64,000 bases of DNA from Octopus bimaculoides (lineage: Eukaryota), in NCBI RefSeq assembly GCF_001194135.2, contig NC_068994.1:36830975-36894974 (forward strand), read 5' to 3'. Position numbers and translations under genes: made by a program. The notes beneath the pieces were generated by a model. That model did not search any database and had not been told where the DNA came from. It saw nothing but the letters and a program-made list of their open reading frames with translations. This document shows positions 38,700 to 51,885 of this stretch, piece by piece (position 1 is the stretch's first letter; each line of letters opens with the position of its first letter).

Positions 38700-39097
38700 G
38701 CATGCATATATGCATATGTATATATGCATACATGTATGTTTGCATGTACATATGTATTATTGTGTGTAAATATATGTATGTGTGTGTGTGTGTTAAAGTG
38801 TGTTTGCTGCATGTATGTGTGCATATTAGTTTAGATTCCATCTCCTTGCATGAAAAATGTTAAGCAAAAAGAGAAAAAAAAACAGAAATGAAAATGATGA
38901 TTTGTTGACATTCCTTGTTAAGAAACCATTCCATAGCTGTGACCTTTTGAAGACATGTAGAATCAGAAAAAATCCATTACTTGAAAAAGAGATAAGAGTA
39001 AGCAATGTGAAGAGCATCCAACTGTAAAACAATGCCTCAATACATATTCATCTAACCCATGCTAGCATGGAAGATAGGCATAAAATAAATTCTTTTA

Positions 39098-39488
39098 TTC
39101 TTTTACTTGCTGCAGTCAGATGACTGCAGCCGTGCTGGAGCACCGCCTTTAGTCGAGCAAATTGGCCCCAGGACTTATTCTTTGTAAGCCTAGTACTTAT
39201 TCTATTGGTCTCTTTTGCTGAGCCACCAAGTAACAGGATGCAGATACACCAGCAGTGGTTGTCAAGCGATGGTGGGGGTAACAAACATATAAACACACAT
39301 ACACACATATATATATGTATATACGACAGGCTTCTTTCAGTTTCTGTCTACCAAATCTACTCACAAGGCTTTGGTGGGCCTGAGACTATAGTAGAAGACG
39401 CTTGACCAAGGTGCCATGCAGTGGGACTGAACCTGGAACCATGTAGTTGGTAAGCAAGCTACTTACCATACAGCCATTCCTGTGCCTA
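39098..39488 (-). mobile_element. SINE family A copy
   Basis: Colinear reverse complement of 44799-45212. Confidence 0.88.
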
Positions 39489-40111
39489 TGAAATTTATAA
39501 GCTGCTTAACACTGGTCAGTGAGCAAACGGTAGTTTTTATTGAAATACAAAGACATTTCAGAGAATTGATTGTATGATGTGCCTTAGAAATAATTTAGAC
39601 ATTATCAGAAGTTTTATTTACATCTTAATTCATATGTTAAATTTTCCAAAGTTTTAAGTCTTAATTCATGTTTGGTAATCCTTCTATGCCTCACATTCCT
39701 GTTATTTCATTCATCTTTATTCATACTTAATTTCATTTTATATCATAACTAATTACATGTTTTCAATGGGTTATTTACTTGTTCATAGTGTGTCTGAAAA
39801 CCATGAGTGACCGACAAGAGAATGCTTGAAAATCAGCACAGAACAAAATCACAAAGGACTTCCTTCAGAAAGCACCAGTCTGTTTTAGTTTTGTCACCTG
39901 TGTTTACATGTTTTATAAACATATGTACAAAATATGCACATAGATATTTACAATATATATGGTTGTGTCCTTAAGAGGCTTACTTCCCAAGTCCCTGATT
40001 CTGCCTTCAGTCTCTCTATGCAGTACTAACCCTATTGTCCCAAGTCAAGAGTAGAAGAGGCTTGCCTTCTAAGTGAATGTGGTTGATGGAAACTGCACAA
40101 AGTCTGTTGCA

Positions 40112-40164
<53 letters not shown>

Positions 40165-40213
40165 TATCTTATAAAATGTGTATGGAAAACTTGCCATGCA
40201 TGCATGCATGCAC

Positions 40214-40248
<35 letters not shown>

Positions 40249-40418
40249 GATAGATAGATAGATCTATAGACATGTATTCCTGAGAGTGTTTATATTCTGA
40301 AGTTGCATGACATGTTGTGAGTGGCCAGCGTTGTTAAAAAATGCATTAATAATATGGATACATCAAACTTGTTTTAGCATGGAACAAAATGGATGTAAAA
40401 ATGAATATATATGTGTTT

Positions 40419-40449
<31 letters not shown>

Positions 40450-40610
40450 CATACACACATGCACATATATAGATATATTTTTATATAGATACACACACAC
40501 ATATATATATACATGTATGCATGATATGTATTCAACAGATAATATTTTGTACATACATACATACATACATACATACATACATACACATACATACATGCAT
40601 ACATACATAC

Positions 40611-40641
<31 letters not shown>

Positions 40642-40664
40642 TATGTATATATTTATATAGTCTT

Positions 40665-40887
40665 CTATTCTGTTATTTGTTTCAGTCATTTGACTGCAGC
40701 CATGCTGGAGCATCGCCTTTAGTCAAGCAAATTGACTCCAGGACTTATTCTTTGTAAGCCTATTACTTATTCTATCAGTCTCTTTTGCTGAAATGCCAAG
40801 TTGCATTGACGTAAACAAACCAACATTGGTTGTCAAACGATGATGGGTGAACAAACACAGACACACAAACATATACACACATATATG

Positions 40888-40929
<42 letters not shown>

Positions 40930-41092
40930 ATGGGCTTCTTTCAGTTTCCGTCTGCCAAATCCACTCACAAGGCTCTGGTCAGCCCGAGGCTATAGCAGAA
41001 GACACTTGCTCAAGGTGCTGATATAATGCAATGTGATTGAATCTTGAAGCATATAGTTGGTGAGCAAACATTTTAACCAAACAGCCAAGCTT
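40665..41092 (-). mobile_element. SINE family A copy
   Basis: Same blocks with an expanded internal (CA)n. Confidence 0.85.
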
Positions 41093-42713
41093 AAGCCATT
41101 TTTGTACTACTGTGTTTATGATTTATATCACCTTTCCATACATTGAGTAGATCTTTGATTCACTGGTGATACAAATATCCCCAATCTCTCTCACTATTTA
41201 ACAAATTATTTTGAGAAATATATAAAAGTTAAATCTCTCTACCAGGAGAATGATATATAATAAAATACTTCTCAATGCAAACAGGACAGGATATATCTTA
41301 TTTCAACCATTCTCCGAGACAAATTCTTTATTGCTTCATGTTGAAAATTTATGGAAGAAAGCTCCACATAATTATATTCAATATCTTAGAAATGGACCTG
41401 AACTGCAATACATATGTCTCTTATTTGTTATCAAATAGCATTGAAGTATAAAAGATTTTTTTTTCTGTCTCTTGAAACTCAAGCATTATGTGACAGAGTA
41501 TACTAGCCTCTGTAAATTATGCATTATGATTCACATATTTCACAATTCAACATATAGGATATATATTTAAATGTGTGTGTGTGTGTGTATAAGGAGAGAG
41601 ATGCCTGTATATACGTACATATATATATATAAACACACGCACACATGTGTACAAATATACACACACTCATACACATATTTATATACACATATACAGTGAG
41701 AGAGATAGGCATATATATATATATGTATGTATACACACACACACATACACACACATATGTTGAGGTACATGGTTTAGTAGTTAGGGTGTTCTACTTGTAA
41801 TCTTAAGATTGCGGATTAGATTCCTGGTCAGGCAATGTGTTGTGTTCTTGAACAAAACACTTCAATTCAATTTGCTCCAAACTACTCAGCCAGCAAAAAT
41901 GAGTTATGCTGTTACAAACAGGCATATTATCAGAGGAAGAATATATGCACCATAGAATCCAGTGAATCAGCCTTATGAGCTTATTGCTTAGGCAGGACCT
42001 TTGAGATATATACAATTACAAATACATGTATCTTTATATCTAGTAGTCATGTGGTTAAGAAGTTTGCTTCTCGAACACATGACTTTGGTTCCTTGGCTGA
42101 TTTCTACTGTAGTTCTGTACTGCCCAATGCCTTGTGAGAGATTTTGGTTGATGGAAAGTGAATAAAGTCAGTCATATTTTTGTATGTATATGCATGTGCA
42201 TCTGTGTGTCTGTGTGAATATTTACAATCTGTGCTGAAGCACAGCTACCAACACTGTTTACATCAAATAGGACAAGTGTTCCCTGTTGTAGCTAGATGGG
42301 GACATTTATTGACATTTCCTGTCAACAAATCCTTCTTTATCTCTGCACTTTCAAATTCCTTTAGAATGAAAAATCCTTTGCAAAAGCTGGTGAGTATTGG
42401 TAACAAAAAGGGTATACAGGTGTAAAAATCCTATCACAATCTATGCTGACGTGGAAAAATGGCCATTAAATGAAAGAATGAATAAATATGTGTGTGAATC
42501 TGTTTGTCTATGTGTGTTTGTGCATATGTGTATGTGTATATACACACACTCATATATATTTATAACAGACAGTTAAATATTAGGCCTCAAGAAATGCTTT
42601 GTTTCATTAACAGTCATATTTATGTATTTTCCTCTCTTATGTATGTATGTATACACACAAACACATATATATACATATACATGTATGTATATATATATAT
42701 ACATGTGTTTCAG

Positions 42714-43162
42714 TCATTTGACTGCAGCCATGCTGGAGCACTGCCTTTATAGTCGAGCAAATCAACCCCAGGNNNNNNNNNNNNNNNNNNNNNNNNNNNN
42801 NNNNNNNNNNNNNNNNNNNNNNNNNNNNNNNNNNNNNNNNNNGTGTTTCAGTCATTTGACTGCAGCCATGCTGGAGCACTGCCTTTATAGTCGAGCAAAT
42901 CAACCCCAGGACATATTCTTTGTAAGCCTAGTACTTAGTCTATCGGTCTCTTTTGCCAAACTGCTAAGTTATTGGGGCGCAAACACACTAGCATCAGTTG
43001 TCAAGCGATGCTGGGGAGACAAACAGACACACAAACATATACACACACATACATATACGATGGGCTTCTTCCAGTTTCAGTCTACCAAATTCACTCACAA
43101 GGCTCTGGTTGGCCCAAGGCTATAGTAGAAGACACTTGCCCAAGGTGTCATGCAGTGGGACT
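42714..43162 (-). mobile_element. SINE family A copy spanning an N-gap
   Basis: Same blocks; the 3' part appears on both sides of gap 42773-42842. Confidence 0.85.
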
Positions 43163-43742
43163 GTAAAAATCATTATCTTTCAACATATCAGTATTAATCT
43201 CTCCAGAAATTTTTCAATAGCTGGCCAATGTAATGCCTTATGGTATTTCCTCAGACTTATTCTTCTGGACTTAATCCCTTCACTTTATTTCATACCTGAA
43301 AATGAAAATATTAATGTGAACATTTTTGCCTATCTATAGCTCTCAGTTTATACAGCTCATCTTCTGGTGCAAGCTGTTGATTTTTATCACTGGCTAGCTA
43401 TCATAGTTTGACAATTTCACTAAATCCATAACTATTTCTTTCTCTTTTTTTGGTGAGGTGGTGGTGGGATGGGGGCTAAGTGTTATAAAGCTGCTTACAC
43501 AGTTTGTATGGTATATGAATGACTGAGGTTACAACATTCCTCTGAATGGGATGCTGGTTTGCCACAGAGTTGAAGGCCAACATTTTTGAAGGGAGGGAGC
43601 CGTTCTATTACATTGATTTCCCAGTTCTTGACTGACACTTTATTTTATTGACCTCAAAAGGATGAAAGGCAAAGTTGAACTCAGCAAGTAGAGAGCCAGA
43701 AGAAATGCTGCTAAACATTTTGTCCAACATACTAACAATTCT

Positions 43743-43984
43743 TATTTCTTTATTGTTCACAAGGGGCTAAACATAGAGGGGACAAACAAGGACAGATAAA
43801 GGGTTTAAGTCGATTACATCGACCCCAGTGCGTAATTGGTACTTAATTTATCGACCCCGAAAGGATGAAAGGTACAGTCAACCTCGGTGGAATTTGAACT
43901 CAGAATGTAACGGTAGACAAAATAGCACTAAGCATTTTGCCCGGTGTGCTAATGATTCTGCCAGCTCGCCACCTTATACTAACA
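43743..43984 (-). mobile_element. SINE family D, young copy nested in an older family D copy
   Basis: Minus B box gttcaaatt and core atcgaccccgaaaggatgaaagg; 19-bp TSD with 1 mismatch at 43724-43742 and 43985-44003. Confidence 0.85.
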
Positions 43985-44798
43985 CCAACATACTAACGAT
44001 TCTGCCAGCTCACAGCCATTAACTATTTTTTGGATGAATCCACATGTCTTTTATATTCTTTTGTATGTTTCCTTGTGAAATCTTATATGATATTCCAGAG
44101 AATGTTTCCTTTTAAAAAATTATCTTTTAATAACTTCCCTTTTTGTCCTCTTCTAATCTTACTCACCTCCCAATATATATATATTCACAAATATTTTCTT
44201 ATACAAACTGGATGATTCTATTGCTATTTGTAAATCCTATATCATTTAGAATTTATTTGCATTTCAGATTCAAATATTTTCCTTCATTCTAACTAATGAA
44301 CATTTAATCTATTAAGATTTATTCACACTTTTGCAGAAGAGGAAATTATCTTGAAGTATTTTTTTTGTTTCTTGTTTTATTCTTGTTTGTCGAAGTTAAG
44401 GACATTCTACATGTACTTGGTCTCATCCAGATTGTTTTTAAATGAACATTTACATAGATTCATCATATATTCATGCATGCATGTATCTAGATACATCACA
44501 CAAGAGTGATAGAAGATGCATTATAATGAAGTTAAAATAGGGTACAATTATTTTAGCAAGAAATTAAACTCTTTTAAATTCAAACTAAAAGTTCTATCTA
44601 ATATTACATTCTTATTTAGTGAAATCAAGTGGAATTTTAATGTAAATTCTGGATAATTTACTTTATGGGATTTTAATGATTTTTTTTTTATGGATTTCAT
44701 TTATTGACCCATGACAATGCTGGGCATAACCTTAAAGAATTTTAGTCAATTACAAGTATTTATTCTATTTCTTTCTACTTACCACACAGCCACTCTTA

Positions 44799-44963
44799 CA
44801 GGCGTAGGAGTGGCTGTATGGTAAGTAGCTTGCTTACGAACCACATGGTTCCGGGTTCAGTCCCATTATGTGGCACCTTGGGCAAGTGTCTTTTACTATA
44901 GCCTCGGGCCGACCAAAGCCTTATGAGTGGATTTGGTAGACGGGAACTGAAAGAAGCCTGTCG

Positions 44964-44994
<31 letters not shown>

Positions 44995-45212
44995 GTGTGT
45001 GTGTGTGTATATGTTTGTGTGTCTGTGTTTGTCCCTCCAACATTGCTTGACAACAGATCCTGGTGTGTTTACATCCCCGTAACTTAGCGGTTCAGCAAAA
45101 AGAGACCGATAGAATAAGTACTAGGCTTACAAAGAATAAGTCCTGGGGGCGATTTGCTTGACTAAAGTTGGTGCTCCAGCATGGCCACAGTCAAATGACT
45201 GAAACAAGTAAA
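44799..45212 (+). mobile_element. Major tRNA-derived SINE family A with an internal microsatellite (representative copy)
   Basis: Head aggcgtaggagtggctgtatggtaagtagc...ccgggttcagtccc, a central (TA)/(TG) tract, and 3' end gactgaaacaagtaaaa. Confidence 0.9.
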
Positions 45213-46648
45213 AAAAGGAGAATTATTGAATGACAAAGGTTTTTCCCTATTTTGAAGTATAAATAGACATAAATCAACATGTTAAGTTTACATCAGTACA
45301 AACCACGCACGAGTTTTTAAATATACATACATACATACATACATGTACATATAAATGTTTGTTTTTATGTCAAGTTATATATGAGAAAAATTACCAGGAA
45401 ACTGAAAGATTATTCAATGTTTTCTAGTAGACTACATGTTTATTTATGTTTTACAAAGTTTGACTATGACTTGGAAATTTTGTCTTGTTCACTTTCATCA
45501 GACAATATACATACGTATGAGTGTGTGCATGTGAATGCGTGCAGATATATAAATATATATATAGAGAGAGACAAATTCAAGAGCAAAAATAACCAAAACA
45601 GGAAAAACAGCAAAGGGTAATCAGACAAACAAAGTGAATATATCAAATTGACGCTCAGTGAAAATTTTTGATGGAAACATTACACACGTGCACACATGCA
45701 TGCATGTACAACTGACTAAGTCGCTTCTGCGCAACTTCACTCTAACAAATTTCACTCACATGTTATTGGAGTATTGGTCAACCAGAAGCTACATTAGAAG
45801 ACATTTGCCCAAGATTCTGCACATTAAATTGAAGTCAGAATTATGTGGTTGTGAAGCAAGCTTCTTAATTATATACCTATGCTGAGAACTAAGTTTTCTT
45901 GATGTTTTGATTTGTAATTATCAAAGTAATCTGCAGTTTGATTTAAATACCATGCTCACCAAAAGAATATAATATTTATAAAATCTTACAATAATTGTTT
46001 TGTCGAAATTATAATAATTTATTGCTTGATTATTTGATGCGCTAATTATCAAAATTATTTAAAAAGATTCTATTTTAATGCATTTGCATACAATCATTAT
46101 ACATTTATTATTTAAAGTATTTCAACAGAGTGTATCAGAGTTAATTGTAATCCACATAATTATAGTCTTAGTTGCAACTGACTTTAATAACATAATAAAC
46201 ATGCAAAATGAAGAACTGTTGACCCATTGCTTGCTTATTTTGGATATAATTTTGAGAGATGTTCAAATAGTTGAATATTTAAATGCTGGAATTAGAATGA
46301 TGCTGACATTTAGATATGAAATTTTGAACTCTTGGTTTCATAATTCCTGTCTTGTATGCTGCCACTTGCAATGTTCTTTACCTTATATAAAACAGCAATG
46401 AATAGGTAAAATAATGGAAATGGGAGTGATCAATTTTGAGGATTACTGAACCAACTGAAAGCTGACATGTAGTTTGATATAAAAAGTGCAGCCATGGCTC
46501 CATGTGGTTTAGAAGCTTATTTCCCAACCATGTAGTCTTGGGTCCTGTCCCTGTGGCATACTTTGGGCAAGTGTCTTCTATTACAGCACCAAGCTGACCA
46601 TGACCTTGTGAGTGGATTTGATAGATGGAAGCTGAAAGAAGCACATCA

Positions 46649-46691
<43 letters not shown>

Positions 46692-46714
46692 GCATACACC
46701 CACACACACATACA

Positions 46715-46998
46715 AGCATGTCCCTCTATCAGTTGAGAGATCTTTGTGTTGCAGGTGTGCTGGTGTTGTGTCACATAAAAGCACCCATGGCAGTGCTATA
46801 TGGAAAAGCACCTGTGCGGGTGCCACATAAAAAGCACCCAGTACTCTCTGCAAAGTGAATGGCTATAGGAAGGGCATCCAGCCACAGGAAACATGCCAGA
46901 CCAGACAACTGGAGCCTGGGTAGCTCTCTGGCCATCTTCTGTCAAACCGTCCAACCCATGCCAGCATGGAAAATGGATGTTAAATGATGATGATGGTG
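46715..46998 (+). mobile_element. RTE 3'UTR fragment with GAT tail
   Basis: Repeated gtgccacataaaagcacc boxes, ggaagggcatccagc, and aacccatgccagcatggaaaatggatgttaaatgatgatgat. Confidence 0.8.
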
Positions 46999-47024
46999 AT
47001 ATGTATCTCTCTCTCTCTCTCTGC

Positions 47025-47087
<63 letters not shown>

Positions 47088-47102
47088 TATATGTGTGTGT
47101 GT

Positions 47103-47488
47103 GTGGAGGTGCAATGGCCCAGTGGTTAGGGCAGCAGACTGGCGGTTGTAGGATTGTAATTTCGATTCCCAGACTGGTTGTTGTTAGTGTTTATTGAGCG
47201 AAAACACCTAAAGCACCACGAGGCTCCGGCAGGGAGGTGGGGTGGCAAACCCTGCTGTACTCTTACACCACAGCTTTCTCTCACTTTTCCTTCCTGTTTC
47301 TGTTGTACTTGTATTTCAAAAGGCCATCCTTGTCTCACTCTGCGTCATGCTAAATTTCCCCAAGAACTACATTAAGGGTACACGTGTCTGTAAAGTACTC
47401 AACCACTGGCACATTAATTTCACGAGCAGGCTGATCCGTTGATCAGATCAACTGGAACCCACATTGTTGCAACCAACAGAGTGCCACA
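47103..47488 (+). mobile_element. Second copy of the same tRNA(Arg)-derived SINE, more diverged
   Basis: Colinear with the reverse complement of 10095-10472. Confidence 0.88.
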
Positions 47489-48769
47489 ATATATATAAGG
47501 ACCTTTCCTGGTTGAAATACTGCAGCTTAAAAGTGTTTAACAGCACATATATATTATGTACATGACACTGATTATAAATATATATATATGTGTGTGTGTA
47601 TGTGTGTGTTTTCTTGTAACCTTATCTAGACATCATGTGGTGGCTGCAAATGAGCATCATCATCATTCAAGTAAGGTTGTTCATTTCCATTCTTCTGTGA
47701 AAAACATGTCTAACTATGGGGAAATATTATCTTGCTTGGAAACAGGCAAAGTTTGGCATCAGGAAGGGCATCCCAGTCATAGAAAATCTGCCTCAAAAGA
47801 ATTCTGTCTCAAACATGTAAGCATAGAAAAACAGTTGTTAAGTGATTGTGATGTTGATGGTGATGACTTCAGTCACATGTGAATTATAATCATTATTGTC
47901 AATATCATCTCTACAACCATTATCATCAAAGCCATCATCATACCACAACAGTCACTTTTGACTGTTTGTTTCTCGTATTTTCCCATACAAACAAAATTAG
48001 TTGACCTATGATCTACTATTTCTCCCTTAAATCTTTAGAGAATGCTAATAATCTAATTCTTTCACCAGATCAATCAATTGCCTTTTGTAAAATTCCAACA
48101 CAAGACTGAGTTACTTGGATACAGTAAAATACATTTTTCTTTTTTTGGATCTGGATGTGTTAGAAATTTCATTCTTCCTCCATAGGGAAAAGGCAAAACT
48201 CAATAGATAACTTCAATAAAATTAATAAAAAGAATATGTCATCTGTGATTCCATATTCTGATACAACATGACCTTCTTTTACTACCTTCAGACACTGCTT
48301 TATCAGATCATCTCCCGAACTCTGCTCTTGTTACTGCAACATTCACTATGATGTTGGCTCACCAGCCCTCACAGATTCCACCTTCCTGTGTGATCTGGAA
48401 TATGAATATTTAATTTCACCTGAATATTTAACCTCTTTAAACACACATACAAATGCATACATACATACATATATATATATACATATATNNNNNNNNNNNN
48501 NNNNNNNNNNNNNNNNNNNNNNNNNNNNNNNNNNNNNNNNNNNNNNNNNNNNNNNNNNNNNNNNNNNNNNNNNNNNNNNNNNNNNNNNNNNNNNNNNNNN
48601 NNNNNNNNNNNNNNNNNNNNNNNNNNNNNNNNNNNNNNNNNNNNNNNNNNNNNNNNNNNNNNNNNNNNNNNNNNNNNNNNNNNNNNNNNNNNNNNNNNNN
48701 NNNNNNNNNNNNNNNNNNNNNNNNNNNNNNNNNNNNNNNNNNNNNNNNNNNNNNNNNNNNNNNNNNNNA

Positions 48770-48800
<31 letters not shown>

Positions 48801-49739
48801 GTATATATATATATATATTAAAGTACTTAGTGTTTTTCTTCATAAATATGTTTTAGGCTTTTGTTTACAAGCAAATTTAATGATTGTTAGATATTACTGA
48901 TGATCTATGAACTTGTATATTGGCATTTAGGATAAAAGGTATGTGTGTGTGCACATATATATGTCTGTTATATATTTATGGATGTGTCTGTGCATGTACG
49001 TATGTATATGTATATGAATGCATGTGTGTGTGTGTGTATAAACAATGTATCAACCTGCTCAGGAAATTAACATGTAAGGGGTTAATCATCCATAGACATG
49101 CATACCCTAAACGTAGTTCTCAGGGAGATTCAGTTTGACACAGAATGTGACAAAGCTGGCTTTTTGAATTACAGTAGAACTCATTTTTGCCAACTGAGTG
49201 GGCTGGAGCAATGTGAAATAAAGTATCTTGCTCAAGGACACAATGTGCTGCCAGTTTTCAAATTCATGACCTTACAGCTGTGAGCAAATTGCCTTAATCA
49301 TTAAGCCATGCATAGTCTTTCATTTACCATATATATATGGTAAAAGGCAGTGCTCCAGCATGGCCGCAGTCAAATGACTGAAACAAGTAAAAGAGTAAAG
49401 AGTATATATATATATATATATATATATACCACTAGTGATGATATCTTTAATAGTACTATCGCTCCCATATTTATTTCTATATGTATGTATACATATATTT
49501 ACATACACACACGTATACTATTTAAATTTAGACATAGGTATGAGAAATGCTCAACTGGCCATGATGATTGGGGTTATATTAATTTTTTATATTGTAATTT
49601 TGGTAAAATTGTGTTATTGATTATAGGTTATTAATGAGCTAATTATTGGTTCACTATATTTATGGTTCCATACAAGTCACAGTCTCTGGTGCAGTTTGGT
49701 GGCTTGTATGTATGTATTATGCATGCATACATAGGTGTT

Positions 49740-49783
<44 letters not shown>

Positions 49784-49861
49784 AGTCAGTAAATGGTGGA
49801 GTTGTGTTAACTGCACGTGGAGAAATAATAGGAAAAAAAAAAATAATAATAATAATAATAG

Positions 49862-50590
49862 TAAGGCAGAATGCTAAACTGAAAGCATATTTTAATATAG
49901 ATGTGCATAAGGAGCCCTTTGCATAGAAGAGTAGCAGTCTATAAAGAACAAATAAATCTTCCACAACAGTGGCCACATAGACTCTTGCGCCAAAAATAAA
50001 AACCCTAAATTTCTTATATTCCCTTTCTATCAATGTAAAGACAGACTCTCTATACAAGAAAGAATCAACAAGGAGAATCTTTTTGTAGAAAAATTCCAAA
50101 TGCTTCTTAACATACAAACTCTTCGGTGACCATATTCCTTTCTCTCACCTACCCAATGAAATACATATAAATTTACTTCTTTTTTCTCTAAGAACAGACA
50201 TAAACTTCCTGTTGACAAAGAGTCCAGAACTCCAATTAAAGAGTATAAAACCCACAGAATTGTCTTCCCTTACACACACTTCCTGTTTTGACACCACACT
50301 TCCTGTTTAACACATAAACTCTCAGCCTTTTTTAAACAACACGATTCTTAATTCCATGCATCCTAATCTATCTAACTATTATCTACAAGGATTACCATTG
50401 GACTTTAAAAACTCAAAGACAATATAATATATTGGTATATTTATTTTTTAATATTTTTGTGAAAAACATTATTTTCATTTCCTCTCTTCTTGAAAATTTG
50501 CCATGCAATAAAAGCCAGTTAGAAATCCTTTTTAATCCTCCTTATGCACATCTATATTAAAATATGCTTTCAGTTTAGCATTCTGCCTTA
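49862..50590 (+). mobile_element. Penelope-like element 3' fragment (GIY-YIG C-terminus and 3'UTR) bounded by a perfect 53-bp inverted repeat
   Basis: Frameshifted YKEQINLPQ/SGHIDSCAKNKNPKFLIFPFYQCKDRLSIQERINKENLFVEKFQMLLN at about 49945-50110 resembles the PLE endonuclease end. 49862-49914 is the exact reverse complement of 50538-50590. Confidence 0.75.
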
Positions 50591-50614
50591 TTATTATTAT
50601 TTTTAAAATTTCTT

Positions 50615-50645
<31 letters not shown>

Positions 50646-51334
50646 AGACATCCATTCAGTGTCTGCTTATGATTTACCACAGTCATAATGCATTAATCAA
50701 CCACAAGTTATGGTTGAAGACATTTGTCCAAGATGTAACACAATGGTGTGTAACCCTGAAACATGTGGTTCTGCAACAATTTTCTTAACCACATCCCTGT
50801 GCTCATACTTCATTTACACGGAATCTCTTTAACATATAAAGAAGAAAATGAGAAAACAAGAAATAAAATGCTAAATTTGTTAAGTTAATGGCAAAATTAG
50901 TGAAGTGTATGAAGTGAAAAAAATGTCTTTTAAACTCAGATATATGTTTCCCAACTGCAAATAATTGAAATTCATTAATTGAAATTCTGACAATAAATTG
51001 ATTGTCTCATGCTGAACTTTACAACTGTTTTGCATATTTTATGGACCTGCTAATGAGTTCTGTTTTTAGGAGACTTATTGAATGTTTTTCTTCTTTCTTA
51101 GATAAAACTATTGTGGTCCAATATTCCTGTTGAAATATTTGCTAATGTAATTCAGTTTGCCAATATTTATAGTTACAAATAAGAACCTATACTTAAAATA
51201 TAAAGACTGAAAATTCTGAAGTAAACAACCATCAGTGTTTTTTGGAAACTTCATATATAATGTATGCATCAGATAATTTCTACATAATTGCATCATTATT
51301 TTGCCCTTTTGTTCTCTGTATCTTGGAACTCTAT

Positions 51335-51765
51335 TTCATCTTTTACTTGTTTTAGTCATTGGACTATGGTCATGCTGGGGCATTGCCTTGCATGGTTTAG
51401 TCAAACAAATTCATTCCATTATTTATTTTTTAAAGTGCTACTTGTTCTGTAGTCCTCTTTGGCCAAACCGCTAAGTTTTGGGGACATAAATGAACCAACA
51501 CTAGTTGTTAAACAGTAGTGGTGGTGGATGTAGTAGTGGGACAAAGAAAAAAGCACACACACATGCACATGCACAAACACACACATGTATATATGCATAT
51601 ATACAATGAACTTCCACACAGTTTCCGTCTTCTAGATTCACTCACAAGATATTGGTCAAGCTGAGGTTATAGTAGCAGATACTTGCTCTAGGTGCTATAC
51701 AGAGGGACTGAACCTAATATCCTGTGGTTGCAAATAGAGCTTCTTAACCACATAGCCATGCCTAC
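51335..51765 (-). mobile_element. SINE family A copy, old
   Basis: Diverged colinear match. Confidence 0.75.
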
Positions 51766-51799
51766 ATAAAACCATTGCTTAGATCAATCTTTCAAAATT

Positions 51800-51885
51800 C
51801 TTCATGGTAAATGTGGTGACTTTATATAGCTGTATCTGGATTTTAAAACTTTCTTATGGATGTCATTGTAGAGACTTTGTTCGGT
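51800..51885 (+). mobile_element. Ancient CR1/L2-like RT remnant
   Basis: GKCGDFI*LYLDFKTF resembles the CR1 G..VDVIYLDF.KAFD motif. Surrounding DNA to about 53.2 kb looks similarly decayed but is not assignable. Confidence 0.35.

Noticed and set aside
42714-42910. Identical 58-bp sequence on both sides of the 70-N gap
   Set aside because: Most likely an unmerged contig overlap (assembly artefact) rather than a tandem duplication.
43170-43295. Very strong minus-strand acceptor ttttcattttcag|GTATG
   Set aside because: All three frames stop within 5 codons and there is no supporting donor; it could only be non-coding or an untestable terminal exon.
46078-46401. 107-aa plus-strand ORF
   Set aside because: No recognisable motif, no convincing splice boundaries, AT-driven composition; an ORF of this length is within chance expectation.
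48363-48419. Minus-strand exon candidates ITQEGGICEG(W) or GEIKYSYSRSHRKVESVRA, and 41132-41193 (REIGDICITSESKIYSMYGK)
   Set aside because: Mutually exclusive frames and modest acceptors; cannot be chosen without transcript data, so they are not listed as features.
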